DNA of 64,000 bases. Origin: an uncultured Verrucomicrobiae bacterium. GTDB lineage: Bacteria > Verrucomicrobiota > Verrucomicrobiia > Limisphaerales > Palsa-1400. The number at the start of each line of letters is the position of its first letter. The first letter of the stretch is position 1. The position numbers and the translations under genes are program-made. The stretch lies in the NCBI GenBank assembly GCA_963707025.1, contig CAVPOM010000005.1:288001-352000 (forward strand). The letters run 5' to 3'. Shown one piece after another: positions 9,441-20,132 of this stretch. The notes beneath the pieces are model-generated. The model saw nothing but the letters and a program-made list of their open reading frames with translations, made no database searches and had not been told where the DNA came from.

Positions 9441-9645
9441 GTTCGAGGGAGGGGGGGGGCCTGCTCCACACAGCCAGGCGCCTCTCCCTCCGCGCCGCCT
9501 GCTCTGCGATGGCCTGCGCCTCCGGCCCGTCGGCACAGTCCCTTCACCCAGCCGCGCCCCGAAGGATGTTCGACGAAAGAAGATTGCCTTTTTGGCCGAT
9601 AGCACTACAGTGGCGTGGTTTACAGAGATTGATCATTAGCCCATC

Positions 9646-10497
9646 ATGCTTGGCACCTTAAATCCCAGCGAAGAGGCCCAATTGCGGCAGACGATTGAGA
9701 TGTTTGAGGTCATCACTCAATCGCAGCCGCAGGACTATCAATCGTTGGAAATCCTGAAGGAGGCCTATCTCAAGCTGGGCTTGGAAAGCGAGGTCATCCA
9801 GACCTCCAAACGGATCGCGCAGGCTTATGTGCAACTGGGGCAGCTCTCCTCGGCCATCCTGGAGTTTGAAACCATCCTGCAGCGCCATCCCGAAGACCGC
9901 GACGCCATGGAGGCCATGGCCCACATTGAAAGCCAGGCAAACAACCTGAACAAGCCGCCCCCCATGGAGGTGGAACCCCTGCTGGCAAAAAGCGGTTTGA
10001 CCACCATGACCAAAAAGCCGGGGGGCAAAGCCGCGCCCCAGATCGAGGTGGATGACGGCCGGGCGCCGATGCACAAGATCTTTGTGGAGAGCAAGTTGAT
10101 TTCGGCGGGGGATTTTGACATGTACTGGCCGGCGCCCAAGTTGACCGTCGCTCCGGCCAAGACGGTGGATCCCTTCATCCAAGTCCTGGCGGAAAGGCAA
10201 CTCATGCCGCTGGACAAGTCGCTCAAACTTTTGGCCGACCGGTCGCGCCTGGCCTATGTGCCGCTGGACCGCTACGATCTGGACACCGATTTGGCGCGGA
10301 AAAGCTCGCGGGAGTGCTGCCAGCGTTGGTGCGTGCTGCCCTTTGACCGGATGAGTGAAGCGGTGCTGGTGGCGACCTGCAACCCTTTCAACAAACAAGC
10401 CGCCCTGGATCTGGGCAGCACGCTGAAGAACCGCCTGCTCTGGTACCTGGCCTCGCCCACCAACCTGGTCAGAATCCTGGGCAAAATATTCCGCTGA
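9646..10497 (+). CDS. TPR + GspE/PilB N-terminal-like domain protein
   Basis: N-terminal TPR-like helices; C-terminal WCVLPFDR...LVATCNPF resembling T2SSE_N; directly upstream of pilB. Confidence 0.7.
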   Translation: MLGTLNPSEEAQLRQTIEMFEVITQSQPQDYQSLEILKEAYLKLGLESEVIQTSKRIAQAYVQLGQLSSAILEFETILQRHPEDRDAMEAMAHIESQANNLNKPPPMEVEPLLAKSGLTTMTKKPGGKAAPQIEVDDGRAPMHKIFVESKLISAGDFDMYWPAPKLTVAPAKTVDPFIQVLAERQLMPLDKSLKLLADRSRLAYVPLDRYDLDTDLARKSSRECCQRWCVLPFDRMSEAVLVATCNPFNKQAALDLGSTLKNRLLWYLASPTNLVRILGKIFR

Positions 10498-10502
10498 TCC
10501 CC

Positions 10503-12245
10503 ATGCCCACTCCCAAAACACTTGGTGAACGCATCGCCGACGCCCTGGTCGAGGACGGCCTGCTCACGCCCGCCCAAGTGCAGGAGTTGCTGGAGAAACA
10601 AAAGAAGGAAGGGATCCGTTTCATCAAGCTGGTCGTGGAAAAATCCTACATTAACGAGCAGGACCTGGTGGTTTGCATGGGCCGGGTGCTCAACACCTCC
10701 CCGGTCAATGTCTCCCGCATCATGCCCACGGCGGAAATGTCGGAGTTGATTCCCCGGGACATTGCCACCAATTACAAAGTCTTCCCCGTTTCCAAGCTGG
10801 GCAACCGGCTTTACCTGGCCATGGCCGATCCCCTCAACGTGCTGGCGGTGGATGATGTCAAACGCCTCACCAAACTGGAAGTCTATCCCCTCATCGCCTC
10901 GGAAAAAGCCATCCTGGACCGCATCGCCAATGCGGACACCTCCCGCACCGCCAGCATGGAGGAAATCATCAAGCAATCCACCGAGCAGGCCGAGGCGGAG
11001 GCGGACGCGGAAAGCCTGGTGCTGACGACCGAAACGACCGAAACGACCGACCTGGCCCAACTGGCCAGTTCCAGCGAAGAAGCGCCCGTCATCAAACTGG
11101 CCAACCTCATCCTGGTCCAGGCCATCAAGGACCGGGCCAGCGATATTCACATCGAACCCTTCGAGACCATGGTCCGGCTGCGCTACCGCATTGACGGCGG
11201 GCTGATAGACATGCCGCCGCCCCCGAAGAATTTGCAGGTGGCCCTGACCTCGCGCATCAAAGTGATGAGCAGCCTGGACATTTCCGAACGGCGCCTGCCC
11301 CAGGACGGCCGCATGCGGGTGCGGGTGGGCGGGCGCGACATTGATTTGCGCGTCTCCTTCCTCCCCACCGTCCATGGCGAGAAATGCGTGCTGCGCGTGC
11401 TGGACAAATCCAACCTCTCGGCCAGCATGGACAAGCTGGGGATTGACGCGGAAACTTTTGTGCGCTTCAAGGCGGCGGTGGACGCGCCCCACGGGTTGAT
11501 CCTGGTGACCGGCCCGACCGGCTCGGGCAAAACCACCACCCTCTACTCCGCGCTCAACGAACTGAACAGCCCGCAATTCAACATCATCACCGTGGAGGAC
11601 CCGGTGGAATTTCAACTGCCGGGGATCAACCAGGTTCCTGTCAAGAAGGAAATTGGGTTGACCTTCGCCAACGCCCTGCGCTCCATTTTGCGGCAGGACC
11701 CGGACATCATCATGATCGGGGAAATCCGCGACACGGAAACGGCGGAGATCGCCGTGGAATCCGCCCTGACCGGCCACCAGGTCTTGAGCACCATGCACTG
11801 CAACGACGCCGCCGGGGCGATTGCCCGCCTGGATGACATGGAGATTGCGCCGTTTTTGATTTCTTCGGCGGTCATCATCTCCTGCGGCCAGCGCCTGCTG
11901 CGCCGCATCTGCAACAACTGCAAGGAGCCGGTGAGTTATCCGGAAAAAATGTTCGCCGACCTGGGGATGAACGCGGCGGAATTCGAGGGGGTGACGCTCT
12001 TTCGCGGGCGCGGCTGCGAGCGCTGCAAGAACACCGGCTACTCCGGCCGCCTGGCCATCATCGAAGCGATGCCCATGACCGACGAGATCCGGAAAATGAT
12101 CATCAAACGGGCCAGCGCCCAGGAAATCGGCAAGGTGGCCATCGAGCAAGGCATGAAAACGCTGCGCATGGTCGCCCTGGAAAAAGTGCGCGAGGGCGCT
12201 TCCACTCTCGAACAAACCCTGCTCATCACCTTCGGCGAGCATTAA
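10503..12245 (+). CDS. pilB: Type IV pilus/T2SS assembly ATPase PilB/GspE
   Basis: ASDIHIEP, GPTGSGKTTT, LRQDPDIIMIGEIRD, tetra-Cys CNNC/CERC. Confidence 0.9.
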   Translation: MPTPKTLGERIADALVEDGLLTPAQVQELLEKQKKEGIRFIKLVVEKSYINEQDLVVCMGRVLNTSPVNVSRIMPTAEMSELIPRDIATNYKVFPVSKLGNRLYLAMADPLNVLAVDDVKRLTKLEVYPLIASEKAILDRIANADTSRTASMEEIIKQSTEQAEAEADAESLVLTTETTETTDLAQLASSSEEAPVIKLANLILVQAIKDRASDIHIEPFETMVRLRYRIDGGLIDMPPPPKNLQVALTSRIKVMSSLDISERRLPQDGRMRVRVGGRDIDLRVSFLPTVHGEKCVLRVLDKSNLSASMDKLGIDAETFVRFKAAVDAPHGLILVTGPTGSGKTTTLYSALNELNSPQFNIITVEDPVEFQLPGINQVPVKKEIGLTFANALRSILRQDPDIIMIGEIRDTETAEIAVESALTGHQVLSTMHCNDAAGAIARLDDMEIAPFLISSAVIISCGQRLLRRICNNCKEPVSYPEKMFADLGMNAAEFEGVTLFRGRGCERCKNTGYSGRLAIIEAMPMTDEIRKMIIKRASAQEIGKVAIEQGMKTLRMVALEKVREGASTLEQTLLITFGEH

Positions 12246-12265
12246 CCGCTTCGCCCGGCCGGCCC

Positions 12266-13471
12266 ATGTGTTCTCTGGAGGAAGCGCTGGAAAAAATTCT
12301 CGCCGCCACCGTGCCGTTGCCTTCCTGCGCGGTTGCCTTGGCCAACGCCTTTAGACGGATTGCCGCCGCGGCGGTTTTTTCGCCAGTGAATTTGCCGCCC
12401 GCTGACAACTCATCGGTGGACGGCTACGCGTTGCGGGCTGCTGATCTGGCCGCTGCCACCGCCGCCTCGCCGGTCGCCTTGTGCTTGGCTGGGTACTCTC
12501 CCGCCGGGGGGACTTTCTTGGGCACGCTTCAACCCGGTGAGTGCGTGCGTGTCTTCACAGGCTCGGTCGTGCCGCGCGGCGCCGATGCCGTCGTCATGCA
12601 GGAGGATGTTGAAACCCAGCCCGGTCATCCGAGAAGCATCGTCTTTTTTGAGGGCGTCCGGGCTGGGGAAAATACCCGCTTTCTCGGGGAAGATGTCAAG
12701 CGGGGCAGCGTTTTGATAGACGCTGGCGAAAAATTCACCGCGGGGCGGCTCGCCTTGCTGGCAGCGACGGGCATTGACATGGTGCCTTGCTGCCTCCAGC
12801 CCGTGGTGGGCCTTGTTGCCACGGGAAGTGAATTGCGGGAGCCGGGCCGCCCTTTGGAACCGGGCGCTATTTACGAAAGCAACCGGCTGAGTTTGTCCGT
12901 CCTGGCCGAGCAGGCCGGTGCCGTTACAAGAATCCCTCCGCTGGTCACCGACGATTTGGCGGCAACCAAATTCGCTCTTGAACAGGCGTTTTCCTACTGT
13001 GATGTCGTCGTGACCACGGGGGGCATTTCGGTCGGGGACATGGACTGGGTCCGAAAGGCATTCGCGGAGATCGGCGGCCAATTGGATTTCTGGGAAGTGG
13101 CGATGAAGCCGGGCAAACCGTTTGCCTTCGGACGCCGGGAGGGAAAACTTTTCTTCGGCCTGCCGGGAAATCCCGTTTCCGCGCTGGTGACTTTTTTTCT
13201 GCTGGTGCGTCCGGCTCTTCTCCAGTTGCAAGGGGCGCGCGACATTCTGCCGCCGCGCCAGCCCGCCGCGCTGGCCGAGGCGCTGGCCAATCCCGGCGAG
13301 CGGCGGCATTTTATGCGGGTCACTTTGGAGGAGGGTGGCCAGGCGCGCTCGGCCGGGAAGCAGGCGTCCCATATTCTCAGCGCCACGGCCCGGAGCCACG
13401 GCTTAGTGGATGTGCCGCCGAACACCACCTTGCCGGCCGGCACGGTCGTGCCGGTGTGGCGGTGGGATTGA
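12266..13471 (+). CDS. moeA: Molybdopterin molybdotransferase MoeA
   Basis: NSSVDGYA, TGGISVGD, MKPGKP, GLPGNPVS. Confidence 0.93.
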   Translation: MCSLEEALEKILAATVPLPSCAVALANAFRRIAAAAVFSPVNLPPADNSSVDGYALRAADLAAATAASPVALCLAGYSPAGGTFLGTLQPGECVRVFTGSVVPRGADAVVMQEDVETQPGHPRSIVFFEGVRAGENTRFLGEDVKRGSVLIDAGEKFTAGRLALLAATGIDMVPCCLQPVVGLVATGSELREPGRPLEPGAIYESNRLSLSVLAEQAGAVTRIPPLVTDDLAATKFALEQAFSYCDVVVTTGGISVGDMDWVRKAFAEIGGQLDFWEVAMKPGKPFAFGRREGKLFFGLPGNPVSALVTFFLLVRPALLQLQGARDILPPRQPAALAEALANPGERRHFMRVTLEEGGQARSAGKQASHILSATARSHGLVDVPPNTTLPAGTVVPVWRWD

Positions 13472-13483
13472 GCAAAACTCCCC

Positions 13484-14482
13484 ATGTCTTCGGGCCAAAA
13501 ACCGCAGGCCGCCAAGGCGGTCGTGATCCTGACCGCCGCCACTTTTTTTTGGGCGGCCAGCTTTCTGGTCATGCGGGCGCTGGGGTTCCATCAGACGCGC
13601 CTGGTGCCGGGCGTCAACAGCCTCTTTTTGGCGGCGGTCTCGGTGCTGGGACGGTTTGGGCTGGCAGCGCTGATTCTGGCGGTTTGGCGCGGGCGCCATT
13701 TCGCCAGCTTCACCCGGCTGGAAATATGGCAGGGGGCGGGGTTGGGCGTGTTTGGCGGGAGCGGCATCCTGTTGCAAATGGACGGGGTCATCCACATCGC
13801 GGCCTCCACTTCCGCATTCTTGACACAGTGCTATTGCGTCTGGGTTCCGCTGGCGGTGGCCTGCCGGCGGCGCGAGTGGCCGTCCAAAACCCTGGTCGTT
13901 AGTTGCGCGCTGGTCCTGGGCGGGGTGGCGCTGCTGGCCGATCTGCACCCTTCCAACCTGCGTCTGGGGCGCGGCGAAGCGGAAACCCTGGTTGGCTCGC
14001 TCCTTTTCGCCGGACAAATCCTCTGGCTGGAACGTCCCCTCTTTGCCGCCGGCCGCGCCGTGCCGGTGACGCTTGTCATGTTTGCAGTGGTGGCGTTGCT
14101 GATTTTGCCGGTGGCCGTTTTCACCGGGAGCGGACCGCACGAGTGGGCGGCGGTATGCCATTCCGGGGCGGCAGCGGGCCTGACGGTTTTTCTGGCGCTG
14201 GTTTGCACGCTGGCTCCCTACACCATGATGAACGCCTGGCAGCAACAAATATCGGCCTCGCAGGCCAGCCTGATTTATGCCTGCGAGCCGCTCTTCACCA
14301 GCGTCTTCGCGCTGTTTATGCCGGCGTGGCTTTCACGGCTGGCCGCTGTCAATTATCCCAACGAAGTCATGGGAGCGCATTTGCTGCTCGGCGGCGGTTT
14401 GGTCATCGCAGCCAATCTGCTCGTGTTATGGCAGGCGTCAAAAAAAGCTTCGCCTGTCCCCTGCCCTCTGCCCGGCGCATGA
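13484..14482 (+). CDS. DMT/EamA family transporter
   Basis: About 10 TM segments, two EamA halves, ASLIYACEPLF. Confidence 0.85.
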   Translation: MSSGQKPQAAKAVVILTAATFFWAASFLVMRALGFHQTRLVPGVNSLFLAAVSVLGRFGLAALILAVWRGRHFASFTRLEIWQGAGLGVFGGSGILLQMDGVIHIAASTSAFLTQCYCVWVPLAVACRRREWPSKTLVVSCALVLGGVALLADLHPSNLRLGRGEAETLVGSLLFAGQILWLERPLFAAGRAVPVTLVMFAVVALLILPVAVFTGSGPHEWAAVCHSGAAAGLTVFLALVCTLAPYTMMNAWQQQISASQASLIYACEPLFTSVFALFMPAWLSRLAAVNYPNEVMGAHLLLGGGLVIAANLLVLWQASKKASPVPCPLPGA

Positions 14483-14620
14483 CGAAGCCGAGTTTCCAGA
14501 GAATTTGAGCCCATGACAAACGTCACCTTTGCAATGCCGGAAAAGGTCTTTGCTTCTTGCTTTCCTTCCCGCCGCGAATCGTTCTTCTCATGGGCCGCCG
14601 CCGCCGCTAGATTGGCCGAT

Positions 14621-17166
14621 GTGTCTGCGACGCTTTATGATCTGATCCCGCGCGACGGGGGTTGCGGCAATGATGTGTTGCTGGGGCGGTTTCTCGCCTA
14701 CGCCGAGGGCCGGCGGCTGCAACTTTATCCCGCCCAGGAAACGGCCATCCTCGAGTTGTTCGAAGAGAAGAACGTCATCTTGAACACGCCCACCGGCTCG
14801 GGGAAATCACTCGTCGCGGCGGCGGTCCAGTTCAAGGCCCTGGCCCAGAGGCAGCGCTCGGTTTATACCTGCCCGATCAAGGCGCTGGTCAACGAGAAAT
14901 GGCTCGCCCTCTGCCGCGAGTTCGGGCCGGAAAATGTCGGCCTCAGCACCGGCGACGCCGCGGTCAACCGCGAGGCGCCGGTGCTCTGCTGCACGGCGGA
15001 AATTCTGGCCAACCTCGCCCTGCGCGAGGGTGCGCAGGCCAACGTCCAGGAAGTCATCATGGACGAATTCCATTACTACGCCGACCGGGAGCGGGGGGCG
15101 GCCTGGCAGATTCCGTTGTTGACACTGCCCAAGGCCCGCTTTTTGTTGATGTCGGCCACGCTGGGGGAGACGGCGTTTTTCGAGGAGGAATTGACGAAGC
15201 TCAACGGGCGGCCGAGCGTGACCGTCCAGTCGCAGGACCGGCCGGTGCCTCTGGAATATGCTTACTCGGAAATTCCGCTGGCGCAAACGGTGGAAAGGCT
15301 GGCGCAAGAGGGGAGAAGCCCGGTTTATGTGGTGCATTTCACCCAACTGGAGGCGGCGCAGAGCGCGCAGGATTTCACCAGCATCAACGTTTGCACGCGC
15401 GAGGAAAAAGCCGCGCTGGGGAGCGCGCTGGAAGGATTCCAGTTCACCAGTCCTTACGGGCCGGACATCCGGCGCTGGCTCAAGCAGGGCATCGGCCTGC
15501 ATCACGCCGGGATTCTGCCCAAGTACCGCGTGCTGACGGAGCAACTGACGCAGCGGGGGCTGCTCAAGATCATTTGCGGCACGGACACGCTGGGGGCCGG
15601 GATCAACATGCCCATCCGCACCGTCCTTTTTTCGCGCCTGTGCAAATTTGACGGGCAGAAAACCGGGATTCTGAGCGCGCGCGATTTCCACCAGATTGCC
15701 GGCCGGGCGGGGCGCAAAGGGTTTGATGAGCGGGGCTGGGTGGTGGCGCAGGCGCCGGAACACTCGGTGGAGAATTTAAAGCTGGAAGAGAAAGAAGCCG
15801 GGGCGGCAAGAAGTCTGTCAAACACAAGCCGCCCGGGAAGAATTTTGTCAATTGGGACAAGCAGACTTACCTCCGGCTGATGGGCGCGCCGCCGGAACGG
15901 CTGGCTTCGCGTTTTCAAGTTTCGCACGGGATGTTGCTCAATGTGCTCAGCCGGAAAGGCGATGGCTGCCGCGCCCTGCAAAGGCTGCTGCGCGACTGCC
16001 ACGAAACGCCCAAGGCGAAGAAGGAGCACCGCCGACGGGCCTGGCAGTTGTTCCGTTCGCTGGTGGAGCGCAAGATCATCGAGTTCATTCCCAAAACGGC
16101 GGAGGGCGCCCGCCTGCGCGTGAACGCGGCCTTGCAGGATGATTTTTCGATGGACCAGGCCTTGTCGCTCTATCTGCACGAGACCCTGCCGCAGATGGAT
16201 GCGCAGGCGCCCGATTACGCGCTGGTGCTGCTGACCCTGGTGGAATCCATCCTGGAAGATCCGGACATCATTCTGCGCAAACAACTGGACCGGGTGAAGG
16301 ACCGGAAGATGGCGGAGATGAAGCTGGAGGGAATTGATTTTGACCGGCGGTTGGAGGAGTTGGAAAAGCTGGAATACCCCAAGCCGAACCGCGAATTCAT
16401 TTATGCCACTTTCAACGCCTTTGCCGACCGGCATCCCTGGGTGGGCCAGGACAACATCCGGCCCAAATCCATTGCCCGGGAGATGTTCGAGTCCTTCCGC
16501 TCTTTTGCCGATTACATCCGTGATTACCAATTGCAACGGGCCGAGGGCCTGCTCCTGCGGCACTTGTCGCAAGTTCACAAGACGCTGACCCAGGGCGTGC
16601 CGGACGCGGCCAAAAATGACGCCGTGCGCGAAATGGAAATTTATCTGGGAACGATGATTAAGCAGGTGGATTCCAGCCTGCTGGAGGAATGGGAAAAAAT
16701 GCGCGACCCGAATTATCAGCGCGCCGAAACCAGGGAAGTCCGCCAGGCCGGCGCCGGGGAAGCGGAGATGGACATCACGCGCGAGACCAAGGCGTTCACC
16801 GCGCTGGTGCGGAACCGCATTTTCACCTTTTTACGCGGCCTGGCGACGGGAGATTTTGAACAAGCCCTGGCGGCGCTCTCCGCGCCGGAGCAGCCCGGCG
16901 GCGAAGCGTGGACGGCGGGCCGTTTGCGCGAGGCGCTGGAGGGGTATCACGCCGAACACGAATCCATTTGCCTGGATCCCAACGCGCGCAACCTGCGCCA
17001 CACCTGCGTCATCCCCGCGGAGGACAAGCAACATTGGCGGGTGCAGCAGATGTTGATTGATGCGGAGGAACTGAACGACTGGGTGGCGGAGTTCGAGGTG
17101 GACTTGGCGCGGTCCAAGGCCAGCAACGAACCATTCCTTCTCTTGCATAGAATAGGGAACCTTTAG
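14621..17166 (+). CDS. Ski2-like DEAD/DEAH helicase with DUF3516-type C-terminus; single frameshift near 15800
   Basis: [22 protein letters not shown]; the downstream frame is open upstream of 15880 ([20 protein letters not shown]). Confidence 0.88.
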
Positions 17167-17228
17167 GCACTGGCCGATGCTTCAAACGGGATTGACCGGC
17201 GGCTCGGCCCGGCCCATGATTCGCTGAA

Positions 17229-18767
17229 ATGCGCATTCGAACTCTGCTGGGACTGGCCCTCTGCGCCTCCGCCACCGCGTCCGCCCAGATGACAAATCCA
17301 CCCTCCACAACGCGGTCGCTTTCCTTGCGGGACTGCATTGATCTGGCGCTGAGCCGAAACCTGGACCTGCGGATCGAGCATCTCACCGCCGAGGTTGCCG
17401 GCGAGGCGCTGAGCAGCGCCTACGGCGTTTACGTCCCCACCTTCACGTTTGACGCCGCCCACAATTACGAGTCGGCCTTGGCCGACTTTGATCCGCGCAA
17501 GTTCAACCCTTACTTCCCGTCCGAGCTTACCACCGGGAAGATTGGCCCGGAGCTGGGCGGCCAGGCGCCCTTTGGATTCAGTTACGACCTCAGCAGCTTC
17601 GTGCGCAAAAATGACGCCATCACCGACTTCCGCGCCGATCCCAAAGATGCCGCCTTCTTTCCCGGCGGCATTCGTTCGACCAATGACTATTCGGCCACCG
17701 CCAACCTGACCCTGCGGCAGCACCTCTTGAAGGACTTCTGGATTGATGCCGACCGGGAAGTGCTCCTGGCCCGCCGCACCGACCTGAAGATTTCCCAGCA
17801 AGCCTTGCGTTTTCAAATCATGAAGACCTTGCTGGCGGTCGAGCTGGCCTATGACGACCTGATCGCGGCCCGCGAGGAAATCCGGGTGCAGGAAAAGGCC
17901 CTGGAACTTCGCCGGCAGATGGTCGCCGAAACCCAGCGCCGCGTCCAGGTCGGAGATGCGCCGCCCCTGGACAGCGCGCAGGCCGAAACTCAACTGCAAA
18001 ACACGCTGACGGCGCTGGCCGCGGCGCGCGAGGCTCTCGCCACCCGGCAGAACAGCTTAATCGGCCTTCTGACCGATGATTACAAAGCATGGGCCGACGT
18101 GGAGGTGCAACCCACCGACGCTCTCCTGGCGCTGCCAGCCGAGGTCAACCGGGCGCGCAGCTTCCAATGTGCGCTGACCAACCGGCCCGATCTGATCGAA
18201 GCCCGGCTGGCCGTGGCGAAAACCGGCGTGATGGTAAGATTCCGGCTCAACCAACTCTTCCCCAGCCTGGACCTGGTGGGCGGCTACGGCGGCCTGGGCA
18301 TCGAAACGGACTCCAGGGCAGCCCTCCATGACGCCTTCAGCTTCCGCAACCCTGAATACTCTTACGGCATGGTGGTCAGTTTCCCGCTCGACAACATCAG
18401 CGGGCGGGCCAACTACCGGGCCAGCAAGGCGGCCAAAGAGATTGCCCAACTGCAACTCCAGAAAGCGGAGCAAGACATGCTCTTACAAGTCTCGGATTTC
18501 GTCAATCGCGTCGAGTACCGCTTCAGCCAGGTGGCTTCGACGCGCCAGGCGCGAACCTATGCCGAGACGGCGCTGGACGCGGAGACCAGGAAACTCCAGA
18601 ACGGTTTCACCACCAGTTTCGTGGTGCTCCAATTTCAGGAAATCCTCACGGCCGCCCGCACCGCGGAAGTTCGGGCCGAGGTGGATTACAACGAGATGCT
18701 CGCGCAACTGGCCTTTGCGGAGGGAACAATCCTGGAAAGGCATCACCTCAGCCTGGAGGTGAAATAG
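17229..18767 (+). CDS. TolC-family outer membrane efflux protein
   Basis: Signal peptide, LSLRDCIDLALSRN, two OEP repeats. Confidence 0.85.
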   Translation: MRIRTLLGLALCASATASAQMTNPPSTTRSLSLRDCIDLALSRNLDLRIEHLTAEVAGEALSSAYGVYVPTFTFDAAHNYESALADFDPRKFNPYFPSELTTGKIGPELGGQAPFGFSYDLSSFVRKNDAITDFRADPKDAAFFPGGIRSTNDYSATANLTLRQHLLKDFWIDADREVLLARRTDLKISQQALRFQIMKTLLAVELAYDDLIAAREEIRVQEKALELRRQMVAETQRRVQVGDAPPLDSAQAETQLQNTLTALAAAREALATRQNSLIGLLTDDYKAWADVEVQPTDALLALPAEVNRARSFQCALTNRPDLIEARLAVAKTGVMVRFRLNQLFPSLDLVGGYGGLGIETDSRAALHDAFSFRNPEYSYGMVVSFPLDNISGRANYRASKAAKEIAQLQLQKAEQDMLLQVSDFVNRVEYRFSQVASTRQARTYAETALDAETRKLQNGFTTSFVVLQFQEILTAARTAEVRAEVDYNEMLAQLAFAEGTILERHHLSLEVK

Positions 18768-18813
18768 GATGGCACTGCCCTGGGTCGTGCCAGGGGGGCA
18801 AGTCCCATAAGTC

Positions 18814-19920
18814 CTAGCGAGTCTCACCTGGCTTCGGAACGAGCTTCAAATCAACTAATTCACCCGGCCGGATCTTCAGGTTCGACGGCACACTGATATA
18901 CAGGGGCAGACCCAATTCGGTCGTGGCCAGCCGCACTGGGATCTGCAACGCCAGCGGGAGGGGCTCGAACTGGGTCCCAACCTCGATGACTTCAGCAGCC
19001 CCGACCTGCCCGCGCGGGCCCCGGGTGCGGACCTCGACGCGCGCGCCCAGTTTGGGCTCAGCGAGAAGAGGGGGGCGAAGATAGCCGATGATCCGAACGG
19101 TGTCGAAGGGAGCAATGCTCACGATTGGTTCTCCCACCGTCACCGCCTCCCCGACACGATGATAGATCACATTCACCATGCCGTCGGCCGAGGCGCGCAA
19201 GGTGATCGGGCTTAGTTCCGCCTCGGTCAACCGCAGTTTGGAGTCCTGGGCCGCAATCGCGGCCCGCAGCGGTTCATCGGTCACCTTGGAAATCTCGACC
19301 GTGTTGGTGAGCTGCAATTGTTCGAGATTGCGCCCCTGCTCCTCCACCAGCCGGGCCAACTCATCCACTTCATTCTGCAATCGTCCTTGGGAGGTTTTCG
19401 CCTGATCGTAGGCGCGCTCCGAAACAATTTTGTCTTTGAACAATTCCTCGGTGCGATGGAAGTCCACTTCGGCAAATTGCAAGTTGGCCCTGGCCATCGC
19501 CAGTTGCGCGCGTTGGCGCATCCAGTCCAGGCGCAACTGGCTGTAGTCCATCGCGATGCGCTGTTTGGCCGCGATCGGCTGCATGGTCACGCGCAGCATG
19601 TCAATCTCCGCCTCGATCACGGCGAGCGAGGCGGCCAGGATTTTCGGGTCCGTCACCAGCACCTGTCCAACCGCGTCACCCGCTTTGACCTTCTGAAAGC
19701 GATTGACGAACAATTGCGCCAACATGCCGGGCTTGTAACAACTGACATTGGCCGGGATGGCTTCGGCCTGGCCCACCAGCCCCGGCGCCGCGGCATAGTC
19801 CTTCCACAACAGCGCCAGGACAAAGACGACGGCGATGAGAAGGACTGCAGGGACAAAACGCAAGCGGACCTGGCGCCAGCGTTCGCGCCACGGAATCGGA
19901 ATGAGGGCGGGTGAGGTCAT
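18814..19920 (-). CDS. HlyD-family membrane fusion protein
   Basis: N-terminal TM, biotinyl-lipoyl half motifs around a coiled coil, IRPGELVD. Confidence 0.8.
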   Translation of the reverse strand: MTSPALIPIPWRERWRQVRLRFVPAVLLIAVVFVLALLWKDYAAAPGLVGQAEAIPANVSCYKPGMLAQLFVNRFQKVKAGDAVGQVLVTDPKILAASLAVIEAEIDMLRVTMQPIAAKQRIAMDYSQLRLDWMRQRAQLAMARANLQFAEVDFHRTEELFKDKIVSERAYDQAKTSQGRLQNEVDELARLVEEQGRNLEQLQLTNTVEISKVTDEPLRAAIAAQDSKLRLTEAELSPITLRASADGMVNVIYHRVGEAVTVGEPIVSIAPFDTVRIIGYLRPPLLAEPKLGARVEVRTRGPRGQVGAAEVIEVGTQFEPLPLALQIPVRLATTELGLPLYISVPSNLKIRPGELVDLKLVPKPGETR

Positions 19921-20132
19921 CTCCTTTTTATTCGGAATTCATCGGATGCTGCCGGGGAGTGTATCAGCCCATCGGCCTCAACAGCAACCGAAATCGAGGC
20001 CAAAACCGAGGCCGAAACCGCGGGCCGGCGTCCGTGCGCCCTATTGACATTTTCATCGCGGGATGACAGGGTGCGGCCGCGCCTGGATTCCGGCGCATGA
20101 AATTATTTGAGGCTCCGCAAAATTCTACTGCG

